Part shown: piece after piece, positions 29,788 to 43,481 of the stretch | Layout of the letters: every line of letters begins with the position of its first letter | Numbering within the stretch: position 1 is the first letter of the stretch | Assembly: GCA_964016885.1 (NCBI GenBank) | Contig: OZ024751.1 | Span: 35,836,001 to 35,900,000 of the forward strand | Source: Eledone cirrhosa | Taxonomy: Eukaryota | DNA length: 64,000 nucleotides | Direction: 5' to 3' | Position numbers and translations under genes: made by a program | The notes under the pieces: model-generated | Database searches by the model: none | What the model saw: the letters and a program-made list of their open reading frames with translations, nothing else | What the model was told of the DNA's origin: nothing

Positions 29788-29809
29788 TTCCATCTCTTTA
29801 GCTGAATAT

Positions 29810-29960
29810 TGTGACATAAAGTATTGGTGAAGAACATAATGCAACACCCGGTCCAGGAATCGAAGCCACGGGACCAGAATCAAACCCACGGGTCCAGGAA
29901 TCGAACCCACGACATTGTGATCGAAGCCAAACATTCACAGCACTTAGCTATGTGGCTTCC
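29810..29960 (-). mobile_element. CORE-type tRNA SINE head with triplicated B-box segment
   Basis: GGTCCAGGAATCGAA(G/C)CCAC-like unit occurs three times at ~29849-29910. Confidence 0.65.
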
Positions 29961-30039
29961 GAAATTTTCTGTGAAGAGAAGAAAAATTAATTAGGCCAGC
30001 TGGCAGCTTCGCATTAAATTGTCTCCTCTCTCTCCCCTC

Positions 30040-30084
<45 letters not shown>

Positions 30085-30814
30085 CACTACGCTGCTTGGC
30101 TGACTGACTGTTTCGCTGCCTGGTGGAGGGAGAGAGGAAGGGAGGTATGAAGGAAGAGGCAATGGGCGACTGACTATTATTAAACGCATTAATTATATGT
30201 GTGGTGTATATATATATATATGTGGTGTGTGTATATATATATATATGTGTATGTGTGTGTTGATGCAATTATCTGTATTGTATATATATATATATATTAT
30301 GTGTATTATATATATATATATAATGAAAGAGGGAGAGAGAAGAAGAGAGAGAGGAAGAGTGTGAGAGAGAGAGAGGCTAGTACTGTTATGTAGTAATAGA
30401 AAAGTATTTGACAATTAAGCGACATCAGTTGTGAAGCTTTTATAATGAGTTAACATTATTGAGACCTCCCGCCGAGACGGAAGAAGAAGAAGAAGAAGAA
30501 GAAGAAGAAGAAGAAGAAGAAGAAGAAGAACAATAACAATAATAATAATAAAATTAACAAAAAGTCGTGATAAAAATAAATAAATATATATAATATATAT
30601 ATAAAACAAATAAAATAAATATAGAAAAATAAAAACAAATTAAAATAATTATATATAATAATGAATGTAAATGGGGGAAGATGGAGAGTGTGGGAGAAGA
30701 GAGAGGGTAAGAGAGAGACAGAGAGGTGAAAGAAGGTAAGGGAGAGAGAGAGGGAGAGAGAGAGGAAAAGAGAAAGATAAGAATTGGATGTGTGTAAGAG
30801 AGACGGAGATTGTG

Positions 30815-30869
<55 letters not shown>

Positions 30870-31229
30870 GAGAAAGATAACAATTGGATGTGTGTAAGAG
30901 AGACGGAGATTGTGAACGAGAGAGAGAGAGAGAGAGAGAGAGAGTAATGAAGATAAATTTCTAGTGGCGGATTGTTTTGAGAATAAAAAATGTCGAGAGG
31001 TTTGGATTGAAAAACCAGAAGATAATGGAGTCGAATAATAACAATAATAATAATAATATCAATATCAATAATAATAATAATATCAATGATAATGATGATG
31101 ATAATGATGAATGGGGATTTTATTTATTTGTCCACAAGGGCACCGGATGCAGGGGACATTAAAAGGACAGGTTATATAGGGGGTGGCATAAAATGATTTA
31201 AAAAATGGTGTGTGTATATATATATATAT

Positions 31230-31310
31230 AGTAAAAGGTTAGAGCCCGACGACTGAGCTCATGCCGTTGAAACAGCTTCAAGCTTAGCCGTCTAGTACTA
31301 ACTTTCTACT
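31230..31310. mobile_element. Degenerate family A fold-back
   Basis: CCCGACGACTGAGCTCATGCCGTT / GAAACAGCTTCAAGCTTAGCCGTC between TA runs. Confidence 0.7.
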
Positions 31311-31410
31311 ATATATATACTACACTGTTTCCCCAATTACAAAGTACTTAGCTAAACATTGTTTTACTAGTCTAAGCTGGTAACCTCCAACCCCCCTCTC
31401 TCTCTCTCTC

Positions 31411-31544
<134 letters not shown>

Positions 31545-31577
31545 CACGGTGCTAACACGATCAGCCGCAATCACAAT

Positions 31578-31725
31578 GTGAAGGCGCATGGCTTAGTGGT
31601 TAGAGCATTGGACTTGCAATCGAAAGGTTGTGAGTTCAATTCTCGGACCGGGCGATGTGTTGTTTCCTTGAGCAAGACACTTTATTTCACTTTATTGCTC
31701 CAGTTTACTCAGCTGTAGAACTGAG
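31578..31725 (+). mobile_element. tRNA-derived CORE-SINE (octopus OR2-like)
   Basis: A box TGGCTTAGTGG, B box GAGTTCAATTC and CORE-like TCCTTGAGCAAGACACTTTATTTCAC...ACTCAGCTGTAGAA. Confidence 0.85.
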
Positions 31726-31984
31726 ATGATAGGACTGGGGCCTCTATCATTAAATCACCCAAGACACCTCCAACTAGATATACCTTGGAGGAGGCCAGCT
31801 AAACCTGCATAGGTGTGAGCTGTCACACACAATACAATCAGACACTTAGACACCATTACTAATTATGTATAGACCTTCCCACCTATATATACGGTGAGAC
31901 ATACAAAAAATTAAAAATAACAACACACACATTCACATGTCCCCCTTTTTCTATATAAAAAAAAATTATAATCTATCTACTTTT

Positions 31985-32024
31985 ACTCTTCTGACGAATG
32001 GCTAAACTCCGAAACGTCGATATA
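31985..32024 (+). ncRNA. Minimal Penelope-type hammerhead core with decayed stem I
   Basis: CTGACGA-ATGGCTAAACTCC-GAAACGTC. The flanking stem I pairs poorly. Confidence 0.55.
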
Positions 32025-32428
32025 CTTTTTTCTCTCTTTCATCCAACGCGTGAACCTAATAACACTAATTGTTTTAACATCCTAATGTTTGTCATGTTTT
32101 ATTATAAACGATGTCGTTCGTGGTTCTTAGTTGAGACGCTTATTGATAAACAATCAAGGGAGCTCACTCTAACTTTTATTTCTATAAAACAAACTAATAT
32201 TTAAAGAGACAAATGTATAGGCATTCATAGAATACAGAACTGAACAGGTAAAGAAATGTCTTCTCAAATGGGATTTTATATTTTCATCTGTTGGGATAGA
32301 GTTATGGTTACCATGGAGATGTTTATTAGTTTATTACAGTGATGACGTCACACTAACTCTATTGCTAATTAGATACAATATATTTTGGAATAGAATATGA
32401 ATATATATATATATATTCATATACACAT

Positions 32429-32559
<131 letters not shown>

Positions 32560-32595
32560 TATATATATATATATATACATATATACATATGTAGT

Positions 32596-32629
<34 letters not shown>

Positions 32630-32779
32630 TAACTACATATGTATATATAGATATATATATATACATATATGCATATCTAAATATATATATATATATATAC
32701 AAATATATATATACATATATATACAAAAATATGTATATGTATATATATATATATATACATAAATATACACACACATACG

Positions 32780-32812
<33 letters not shown>

Positions 32813-33608
32813 TATGCATACATACATACATACATACATACATACATACATACATTTATATATATGAAATCGAACTTGAAAAGAAACCGTGCTGTATTTG
32901 TATTTAATATTTTCTCTCTACTCGGATCGGGTTAAGCTTTTTTTTAAAGTATGAATCTATACATAGGAGGGCACGGCAGATTAATTCTGTGAACCTATTC
33001 ACTATTTTGGTTTGATGTTTGCTGTATCAAGATCAATAGAGTTTTTTTCCCGTGTGCAAAGAGCAAAGACTAGAGAAAGTGGTGTATAAGTTGTATATAT
33101 GTATAGGAGGCTAATATATGATATTGAGGATAATATTACTTTTGAAAATAAAATACGGACCCCCCCCCCCCCCCCCCAGCCCTACAAAAAAAAAAAGACC
33201 CCAACAAAATAAAACAAACAAACAAATAAACAAATGAAGAGGTCATGAAAAGGGTCAGGCTGAGTAATCTACGGGATATAATATTCAAACGAATCATGTA
33301 AGATGCTCGGCCACCTGTTACAGATGCCCAAGAAAGGACAAGTGGGCGTCAATTTCGAGTAGTTGCTAGAATATACAAATATAGATACAGTCAGCATATT
33401 TTCTTTTCATGTTCGATTTCATACCGCTACACATACATACACATATATATACACCAACACAAACATACACATATATATACACCCACACAAACATACACAT
33501 ATATATACACCCACACACCCATACACTTATATATATATACCCCCCACACATATACACTTATATATACACACATTTATACACTTATATATATATATACACA
33601 TACACCTA

Positions 33609-33734
33609 CATTTTATGTGATAAACTGGTGATATTCCAGTCACAAGACTCCCTATTTAGCCTTAATAAAATGGATATTAACATTCTACTACTGTATTGAG
33701 TACTATGTTCTCTCAGCCGTTAACCACATACGGT

Positions 33735-33737
<3 letters not shown>
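33609..33737 (+). mobile_element. Third GTATTGAGTAC-type element with a fossil HHR
   Basis: CATTTTAT-GTGATAA-ACTGG/CCAGT-...-TTA^ATAAAATG, then TTCTACTACTGTATTGAGTACT...CGGTTG-(TA)n. Confidence 0.6.
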
Positions 33738-33776
<39 letters not shown>

Positions 33777-33809
33777 TAATACTCCGGATAAATTCTGTTG
33801 AGTGTTTCT

Positions 33810-33859
33810 AAAATGTAAAATTAACTTTGTTGAATAATCGTTAAACCAAATAACTCAAT

Positions 33860-33909
<50 letters not shown>

Positions 33910-33959
33910 ATTGAGTTATTTGGTTTAACGATTATTCAACAAAGTTATTTTTACATTTA
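33810..33959. repeat. ~52-bp inverted repeat flanking a (TA)n tract
   Basis: AAATGTAAAATTAACTTTGTTGAATAATCGTTAAACCAAATAACTCAATGTT-(TA)n-its reverse complement. Confidence 0.9.
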
Positions 33960-34895
33960 ATATATATATATATATATATATATATGAATGTATATATACT
34001 AAGCGTGGCAGTCATGTTAAGACTAAGGTATGTAGAAGAGGTGCCGGATGTCACGAGTGTTACGTGGGAGCAGGCTGACGACAGGGGGCGCTACCGTGCT
34101 GGGTAGAGAGCTCTCGTTGTCGAATACGCCAGGGTAAACAGAAGGAATTATATAACTAATATATAAAAGTTGCCAGTTTTCTGTTCAAATTGACTTTTAC
34201 CGATTCGACAAATACAGATCGATAATAGAAATAGAAGACTTCAAAAATAAAGTACTGGGAGAAATATCTATCTATCTAGGGCGGGTAGAATTCCCGAGAT
34301 CCATGGACGAGTTCTCTCCAGCGGTCTCTGTCCCTCATTATCGCTGCCATGTCCTGCGTCTCCAAGAGACCAGTGTCTGTCCTTAGGGCATATGTTAACC
34401 CCGGTCATATGTTAACCTCTGTCTTCCTATTCCAGTGTGTCCATGCAGAAATATAATCGATTTAAATCCCCTAAAAGTTGGTGCCCCAGCGTGACCAAAG
34501 ACCAATGACTGAAACAAGTAAAAGAATAAAAGAATAAAAAACTAAAATGATACAAAAATATTACGAAACTGTCAAAGACCCTAATTTTTTTCAGTCTAAA
34601 ATTTGGTGATAATTTCTTTATTTTCTCCCCCTGAAGTGAAGCCAATTTCAGACTCGAGAGGTTCAATTCCATAACTTGGCACATCACTTAACGCCATATT
34701 AGAATAGACACCAACTAACTGAGAAATTGCCAGGGAGGAACTGGCTGAAAATTAGCAGAACACTGGCTATCTACTCCCTCCTTACCCTGCACACATTCAC
34801 TTACTAGATCCTACTCCTCCTCTACTTCCTCCTCCTCCTACTCCACCTCCTACTCCTCCTCCTCCGCCAATGTTTTCATGTCAAAATATGTAACA

Positions 34896-34935
<40 letters not shown>

Positions 34936-35227
34936 AGGAGGGCAATAGTGAAAGGAACAGAAAGGAAAGAATGTGAGAAAACGAGAGAGGAAAGGAGAAA
35001 GTAAGAGACATAGAGGGAGCGAGGTAGAGAGAGAAAGAGAGAAAGGGAGACAGGCAGAACGAAAGAGAGAAAGAGAGAGAGAGATACTGAGAGAGAGAGA
35101 GAGGGAGGGACAACCGTGTATGGTAATCTGTTTTCTAGCAGAACCTTTCAGTTCCAGGCAATAACTAATGTAATTTCGAGGTTCCATCATCCATCCACCC
35201 CAGACATCCTCCCTCTTCCTCTATGAT

Positions 35228-36147
35228 GACCACCACCACCACCACCACCACCACCATCACCACCACCACCATCACCACAAGCACCACCATCACCACCACC
35301 ACCATCACCACTACAACGATCACCAACTGCACCACCATCACCACCACCACCACTACACCGACCACCACCACCACCACCACCACCATCACCACCACCACCA
35401 CCACCACCACACCGACCACCACCATCACCACCATCACCACCACCACCACTACACCACCATCACCACCACCACCACTACACCGACCACCACCACCATCACC
35501 ACCACCACCACTACACCGACCACCACCAGCACCACCATCACCACCATCACCACCACCACCACCATCACCACCACCACCACTACACCGACCACCACCACCA
35601 CCACCATCACCACCACCACCACCACCACCACTACACCGACCACCACCACCATCACCACCACCACCACTACACCGACCACCACCACCATCACCACCACCAC
35701 CACTACACCGACCACCACCACCATCACCACCACCACCACTACACCGACCACCACCATCACCACCACCACTACCACCACCACCACCACCACCACCACCACC
35801 ACCACCACCACCACCACCACACCGACCACCACCACCACCACCACACCGACCACCACCACCACCACCACCTCCACCACCACCACCACACCGACCACCACCA
35901 CCACCATCACCACCACCACCACCACCACACCGACCACCACCACCACCACCACCTCCACCACCACCACTACACCGACCACCACCACCACCACCACCACCAC
36001 CATCACCACCTCCACCACCACCACCACACCGACCGCCACCACCAGCACCACCATCACCACCACCACCACCATCACCACCACCACCACCACCACACCGACC
36101 ACCACCACCACCACCACCACCTCACCACCACCACCACACCGACCACC
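35228..36147. repeat. (ACC)n-derived repeat with recurrent CTACACCG interruptions
   Basis: Seen directly in the sequence. Confidence 0.95.
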
Positions 36148-36813
36148 AGTGTGCCCCTGTCTACTGATGTGTGTCGTGTGTTGCTCAGTTGCTCAACCAA
36201 CATATATTGCTTTTTCCCAGCGGTATACCTGTCACTGTTAGAGGAGTCCTCATGATAATCATATAATTAATTGGTCACATGACACAAGAAAACGACAACA
36301 AACGCCAAAGGAATGACGCACACATCGACTTGATGTCAAATTCCCCAATGAAGTTTTCTCTTTTTCGTTATATACAATTTTTCATACGTTTCCAAATAAA
36401 GAGACACCCCACCCCGCAAAAAAAAAAAAAAACACTAACTAAACTATATTTTTTCGCTTCTGCTGTTCTTTATAATTTTTCATACAATTCCCACCAAAAC
36501 CCCCACCAAAACCACACCACTACCCACCAGCCCACCAACATTACGATATATTTCCTCTCCGCCATCTTAACATTTGTTCATTCTATCATTTTTCACTTCT
36601 TGAGAAACTGTTCGTTTTTTAATTCAGGAATAACGTAATTCCTCAATATTATCATTCCTGTTTCATATTCTTTAATTATTCTTCTATTCTTCTGTTCTTA
36701 TTTATTTATTTAGATTTAATAAAAAATAATTTCTTCATTTTATTTCTTCTATTGTTAAGAAATAAGAGGTTTTCAATAATCATTTTGTCATGTAACAGAC
36801 ACACATACAACCT

Positions 36814-36862
<49 letters not shown>

Positions 36863-37552
36863 TATACAAGCATACACACACACATACATATACGCACACA
36901 TACACACACACAAACTCACACATATATATATATATATATACATGTACATATACATACACATATATATATATATTTACATTTATATATATATATACACACA
37001 TCTGTATAAATGCACACATACGCATACAAATATATATATATGCACACACAAAGACATGCGTACATATAAACAACCCATAGAGGACGAAGACACATAAAAG
37101 CACACACTCCATTATTACTAGCCGCCATATTGTTTTCCTGATTCCTCTAATATTTTCTTCCACTTGACTTTTAATCTCCTCACCTTCCTTTCTAACTTCG
37201 CCGTAACTGTTGTATTCATACACACACACAGACATACAGACATACAGATATACACACACAATCACACTACACACAGACACACATACATACACACAAACAT
37301 ACAGACACACACACACATACAGACATACACACACAATCACACTACACACAGACACACATACATACACACAAACATGCATACACACATAAACACATACAGA
37401 CATACAGACACATACAAACTACAAATAGACACACACACACAGACAGACACACATACATACATACACACACAAACACACTACAGACAAACACACATAAATA
37501 ATACTTTATATACGTACAGGATAATACTTCACGTATACTTTTACATTAATAT

Positions 37553-37727
37553 TATCGGTAGAGGGTCGGACGCCATGCTTTGACGCATAGAGTTACGGCC
37601 CTTGCCATTCTGAGTTCAAATCCTGCGGAGGTTAACTTTGCCTTTCATCCTCACGGGGGTCGATAAAATAAAGTACCAGTAATACACTGGGTATTTGCTA
37701 GCCTTGTGCCAAAAGTAGAAACAATTA
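37553..37727 (+). mobile_element. Nin-domain SINE, young subfamily
   Basis: TATCGGTAGAGGGTCGGACGCC...GTCGATAAAATAAAGTACCAG...GTAGAAACAATTAT. Confidence 0.9.
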
Positions 37728-38045
37728 TATATATACACACACACACATATGTATGTATATATATACACACACACACATGTATATATATATATATATATAT
37801 ACATACACACACACACACACACACATATATATTTATATATAAAGAATGGTGTGTTTATATGTGGAGAGGCTATAAAGTAATGTGAAGACTCAGAAAGACG
37901 GAGAAAGAAGTTGCCGTCGACCGCTACGAACAGCTGACGGCAACTTCTTTCTTTGTCTATAAGCGCTTCGTAATACACCGAAAGATTAGCTACTTATACA
38001 CACACACACACGTGCGCACACACACACGTGCACACACACACACGT

Positions 38046-38135
<90 letters not shown>

Positions 38136-38303
38136 GTAATCCTTAATTATCATTTTCTTCATAACCATTCCACTCCAATTTCCATTAGTCTTTTTTTCTT
38201 CCTGTATGTTTCTGACACATCTCTTTTCTTCCTTCTCTCTTCCTAACCATATATCTACATCACTCTTTTAATATATATCCATCTCTAGCAATATATATAT
38301 CCA

Positions 38304-38422
<119 letters not shown>

Positions 38423-38709
38423 TTCATTCTAACACTCTCTCCAATCCAATCCTTCCTTAACAAACAAATGTAACACATTTATCATTATAGAGCTATCTTT
38501 CTTTCTTTCTTTCTATATTTCTTTCCTTCCAATTCTATGCTATTGTCTCTCACACTTTCTCTTTCTCATCAATATAACATACATCTATAAAACTTTTCCT
38601 ACCGCCTCATCCCTCTCCCCTTTTACTTTCATCCAACATACTTTCTTTCATACTTCTAATTTGATACATACTTTATAGATTACTATATACACACACTCAC
38701 ATATACACG

Positions 38710-38851
38710 TATACACATACATCCTTTGTAGATTAATATATACACATATAGACATATACACATACATCCTTTGTAGATTAATATATACACATATAGACAT
38801 ATACACATACATCCTTTGTAGATTAATATATACACATATAGACATATACAT
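38710..38851. repeat. 42-bp tandem repeat x3
   Basis: Unit ATACACATACATCCTTTGTAGATTAATATATACACATATAGAC, with a further copy at ~38965. Confidence 0.9.
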
Positions 38852-38919
38852 AAATTACTATATACTGTAGCAATAAACACATTAACATGTACACAAACTC
38901 ACATATACACATATACATC

Positions 38920-38956
<37 letters not shown>

Positions 38957-39259
38957 CGTATAGACATACACATACATACATCCTTTATAGATTAATATAT
39001 ACACATAAATACACTCACATATATAGATATACGTATACATCTGTTGTAGATGAATACACACACATACATACACTCACATATACACATACACATATACGTA
39101 CATAGGCATACACTTACCTATCCATACACACTGAAATAAATATAGACATACACAAACAACCAATATAGTTTTGTCAGACAAACGTCAAAAACACATCAAC
39201 ACGTTCATCTACTTTTGCTTTCTCACACTCTCTGTCTTTATCTCTCATCCTCTCCCCCT

Positions 39260-39333
<74 letters not shown>

Positions 39334-39385
39334 TAAATATATATGTATATATATATATATATATACACATATATAAATATATATG

Positions 39386-39416
<31 letters not shown>

Positions 39417-39583
39417 TTATATGTATCTATATATATATATATATACATATATAAATATATATGTATATATATATATATATATATACATACATATATAAAT
39501 ATATATGTATATATATATATATATATGTATATATAGTTATATGTATATATATACATATATATATATACATATATAAATATATA

Positions 39584-39658
<75 letters not shown>

Positions 39659-39827
39659 TATAATTATATATGTAAACATGTATATGTATATATATATATG
39701 TTTGTATATATATACATATATGTATATGTATATATATGTTTATATATATATATATACATATGTATATGTTTATATATATATACATAAATATATGTATATA
39801 TATTTAGATATCTCTCTCTCTCTCTAT

Positions 39828-39858
<31 letters not shown>

Positions 39859-39884
39859 CGTTCATATATGTTTAAATATATATA

Positions 39885-39924
<40 letters not shown>

Positions 39925-39941
39925 CGTATATAAGTATATAC

Positions 39942-40078
<137 letters not shown>

Positions 40079-40701
40079 GGCTGCTTTCCCCGTTTCCCAT
40101 ACATATTTTTTTTCTATATCTTTACTCTTTCCCCACTTTCTTTCTTTCTTTTCAACCAACATCTCTCGTCTATCCCTTTGATCTATTCAGGACTCTTCCC
40201 CAGCCTCCCTGTCTTTACTAGATTACGCCAAGAAGAATTCCTTCACTCTTGAATATATTCGAATTTTTATTAAATAAAAAAAAATATCACATCACTACCA
40301 CCATCACCCCCCCCCCCCCCCCCACAACAACCACCACCCTCACCACCACCAACAACAACAACCACTACCCTCACCACCACCACCACCACCACCACCACCA
40401 ACAACAAAAACAACAGCCGCCATCACCATCACGACGATCACAACCACCACCACCATCACCATCATCATCATCATCATCACCACCATAACGACAATAACAA
40501 CTACTATTACAACAAAAACAAAATTATATTAACAAATTTAAAAGAAATATGAACAAAAAAAAAAAGAAAAGAATTGAAAATTCTTCTTTCAGAACTCTCA
40601 AAGAAAGATTATATATATATGACGTATATAACAATGTTAATAACGACAACAACAACAACAACAGCAACAACAACAACAACAACAACAACAACAAAATAAT
40701 G

Positions 40702-40732
<31 letters not shown>

Positions 40733-41486
40733 TAGTAAAACAACAACAATAAAAATAATAATAATAATAACAACAGCAATAACAACAACAACAACAACAA
40801 CAACAATAATAATGATGATAATAATAATCATAATAATAATAATTCTAATAATAGTTATAATAATATGTGATAAAAGGAGTAATAAATATGAAGTATAATG
40901 GAATATGTGGAGCAAAACATCAAGAAACAGGAATATTGTTTGGATGAAACAGTTATGGCTGACTAGTAAAAGTACGATGTGTTTTGAAAGACAGAAAAAT
41001 AAGAAAATATCGTTCTGATCTGAATAGAAACTGGATATAGTAAATAGTATTGTATTGTGATAGAGTTTGTAGTTTTATTGGATCTAGTCACAGAATCCTC
41101 TAATTTCGATAAACATAAAACATAAAAAAATATAGAAATGCGCATGCGTATAGTATATTTTCTTCGATATATACAAGCAAAAATATATAATTGAATAATC
41201 GATGAAAAGAGAAAATAAATCTAAATAAATCTAAATAAATATATAAATCCACATATATACACTCATATATAAGTACAACTCATACATCTATAAATATATA
41301 CCACATACACACATACTTACACGTATACACACACATATATATAAATATAAGTATATAAATACACATACACACAACAGATATATATATATATGTATATGTA
41401 TATGTATATGTATATATGTATGTATATATATATGTATATATATATGTATATGTATATATGTATGTATTTATATATGTATATATATA

Positions 41487-41729
41487 GAAAAAGTATGACC
41501 CCGACGGGGTCATCCTTTTTCCTATTACCCACTCTACTACCCTAAGTATTGAGTACTCTGGTGCGTTATGGTCCACTTGGTTCCTTACCACGTTTACTTC
41601 CTTATATATATATATATATGTATATATACATACATGTATATATACATAACGAAGGAATTGTGGCAAGGAACCAGATGGACCATAACGCACCAGAGTACTC
41701 AATACTTAGGGTAGTAGATAGGAAAAAGT
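41487..41729. mobile_element. Two family A elements tail-to-tail around a TA-rich tract
   Basis: Plus copy at 41506-41602 and minus copy at 41648-41729. A mini fold-back TGACCCC-GAC-GGGGTCA sits at 41496-41512. Confidence 0.9.
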
Positions 41730-41855
41730 AGTATGTATGTAAAAAGTAAATAGCAGCAATAAAGCAAACAAGACAGTGCAATGAAGAAATACATTAGTTT
41801 AACGCTTGATATAGTAGGAAAAAATATATACGTATATAAATACACATATAAGTAC

Positions 41856-41977
<122 letters not shown>

Positions 41978-41991
41978 ATAATATTTATATA

Positions 41992-42068
41992 TAGGGTGAC
42001 TAAAAAAATGTATACACATATTTATTACAATGCTGCTGAAGTGTGTATACATTTTTGGGGACACCCTG
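41992..42068. mobile_element. Tc1/mariner-type MITE (same family as 24905)
   Basis: AGGGTGACTAAAAAAATGTATACACA ... TGTGTATACATTTTTGGGGACACCCTG|TA. Confidence 0.8.
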
Positions 42069-42543
42069 TATATATATATATAATACGCGAACACTCACAG
42101 ACTTCTATATTTATCGACGACTTCCCATGAGATCTAACGTCTGGTAAATAACGTTTCTAATTATCACAGTAAACCAATATCAACGATGACAAAATTTGAC
42201 GAATTAAGCACTACTAGTAGAACAGCCTTGTTGATATCCCCCCGCGATAATATCACTCCGCCATCTCTTCTATTACTCCTGCTTACCATCAAACTTCTCT
42301 CTGAGATAAGGAAAGCTGTCTAGATCATCATTTCTTCTTATCTCTCTTCTGTGTCTGATATTGCAGTCATTTCACAGACTGGACGGCAGAGAACTGACCA
42401 GCTTAGCTGTAGCTGTATGACAGGATTTGCCAAGATAAAAATTGGGCTTTTATCTTGGAATTGAAATAGCCAGAAATGAGACAGAATACATTCCATCTTT
42501 CTCTCTCACTCCTTGCATTATTTCCCCAGCAAAAGGGCAGCAA

Positions 42544-42755
42544 TGGATTAGCAGTATTAGTAGAGTCAGACGACATATAATTACGTCCCTTTATGGTCTG
42601 AGTTCAAATGTCGCTGATGTTAGCTTTGCCTTTCATCCTTGCCGGGTCGATCAAATGAGGTACCAGGAACGTATAGAGGTCGATTTAATCGATTTATAAA
42701 CCTCTCCCTGCCGCCACTAGAAATTGTTGACCTTCTGCCTAAATCAGAAACCATT
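42544..42755 (+). mobile_element. Nin-domain SINE (older, long form)
   Basis: Head, Nin domain, GTCGATTTAATCGA segment and tail AGAAACCATT. Confidence 0.85.
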
Positions 42756-42943
42756 GTGGATTGGCAGTATCAGTAGAGGGACGGGCGCCATGCTTTGCAG
42801 CAAAGAGTTACAGCCCTTTATGGTCTGAGTTCAAATCCCGCCGAGGTTAACTTTGCCTTTCATCCTTACGGGGTCGATAAAATAAAGTACCAGTAATGCA
42901 CTGGGGTAATTGCTGGCCTTGTGCCAAATGCAGAAACAATTAT
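42756..42943 (+). mobile_element. Nin-domain SINE, young subfamily
   Basis: GTGGATTGGCAGTATCAGTAGAGG...GCAGAAACAATTATT. Confidence 0.9.
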
Positions 42944-42964
42944 TATGCTTATATATTAACCAAA

Positions 42965-43085
42965 GTGAAGGCGCGTGGCTGAGTGGTTAGAGAATTGGAT
43001 TCACAATCTTTATGTTGTGAGTTCGATTCCCGGACCGGGTGATGCGTTATGTCCTTAGGCAAGACACTTTATTTCACGCTGCTCC
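42965..43085 (+). mobile_element. tRNA-derived CORE-SINE (OR2-like)
   Basis: GTGAAGGCGCGTGGCTGAGTGGTTAGAG...GAGTTCGATTCCCGGACCGGG...GGCAAGACACTTTATTTCAC; same family as 31578. Confidence 0.85.
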
Positions 43086-43189
43086 TTCTACCTGGAGTTG
43101 CGACCGATAGATAGTATTAGCAATTGGAAAGACCAACGGAAACATTGTTTCCCCGGTCCGATTTGATGAAAGTCGATTGTTCCTATATA

Positions 43190-43481
43190 TTAACCTCGAC
43201 AAGATTTGAACGCAGAACGTAACTCTATGCCACAAAGCATGTTGTCAGACGCTCTACCGATTACTTCCGATCCTCCCGCCTTTAATATAATAATTGTTTC
43301 TACTTTCGGCACAAGGCCAGCAATTACCCAGTACATTAGTGGTACTTTATTTTATCGACACCGTAAGGATGAAAGGCAAAGTTAACCTCGGCGGGATTTA
43401 AACTCAGATCATAAAGGGCCGTAACTCTATGCGTCAAAGCATGGCGTCCGACCCTCTACCGACACTGCCAATCTACCGCCT
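43190..43481 (-). mobile_element. Two tandem minus-strand Nin SINEs (partial 43190-43280; full 43289-43481)
   Basis: Reverse complement of the 42756 element. The 19-bp direct repeat CCGCCTTTAATATAATAAT occurs at 43276 and 43476. Confidence 0.9.

Noticed and set aside
31583-31655. tRNA gene
   Set aside because: A and B boxes are present, but the cloverleaf is poor and the sequence continues into a CORE-SINE body. The same applies to 42965.
35223-36167. 314-aa Thr/Pro-rich extensin-like ORF
   Set aside because: It is a pure (ACC)n expansion, open on both strands, with no unique coding flank.
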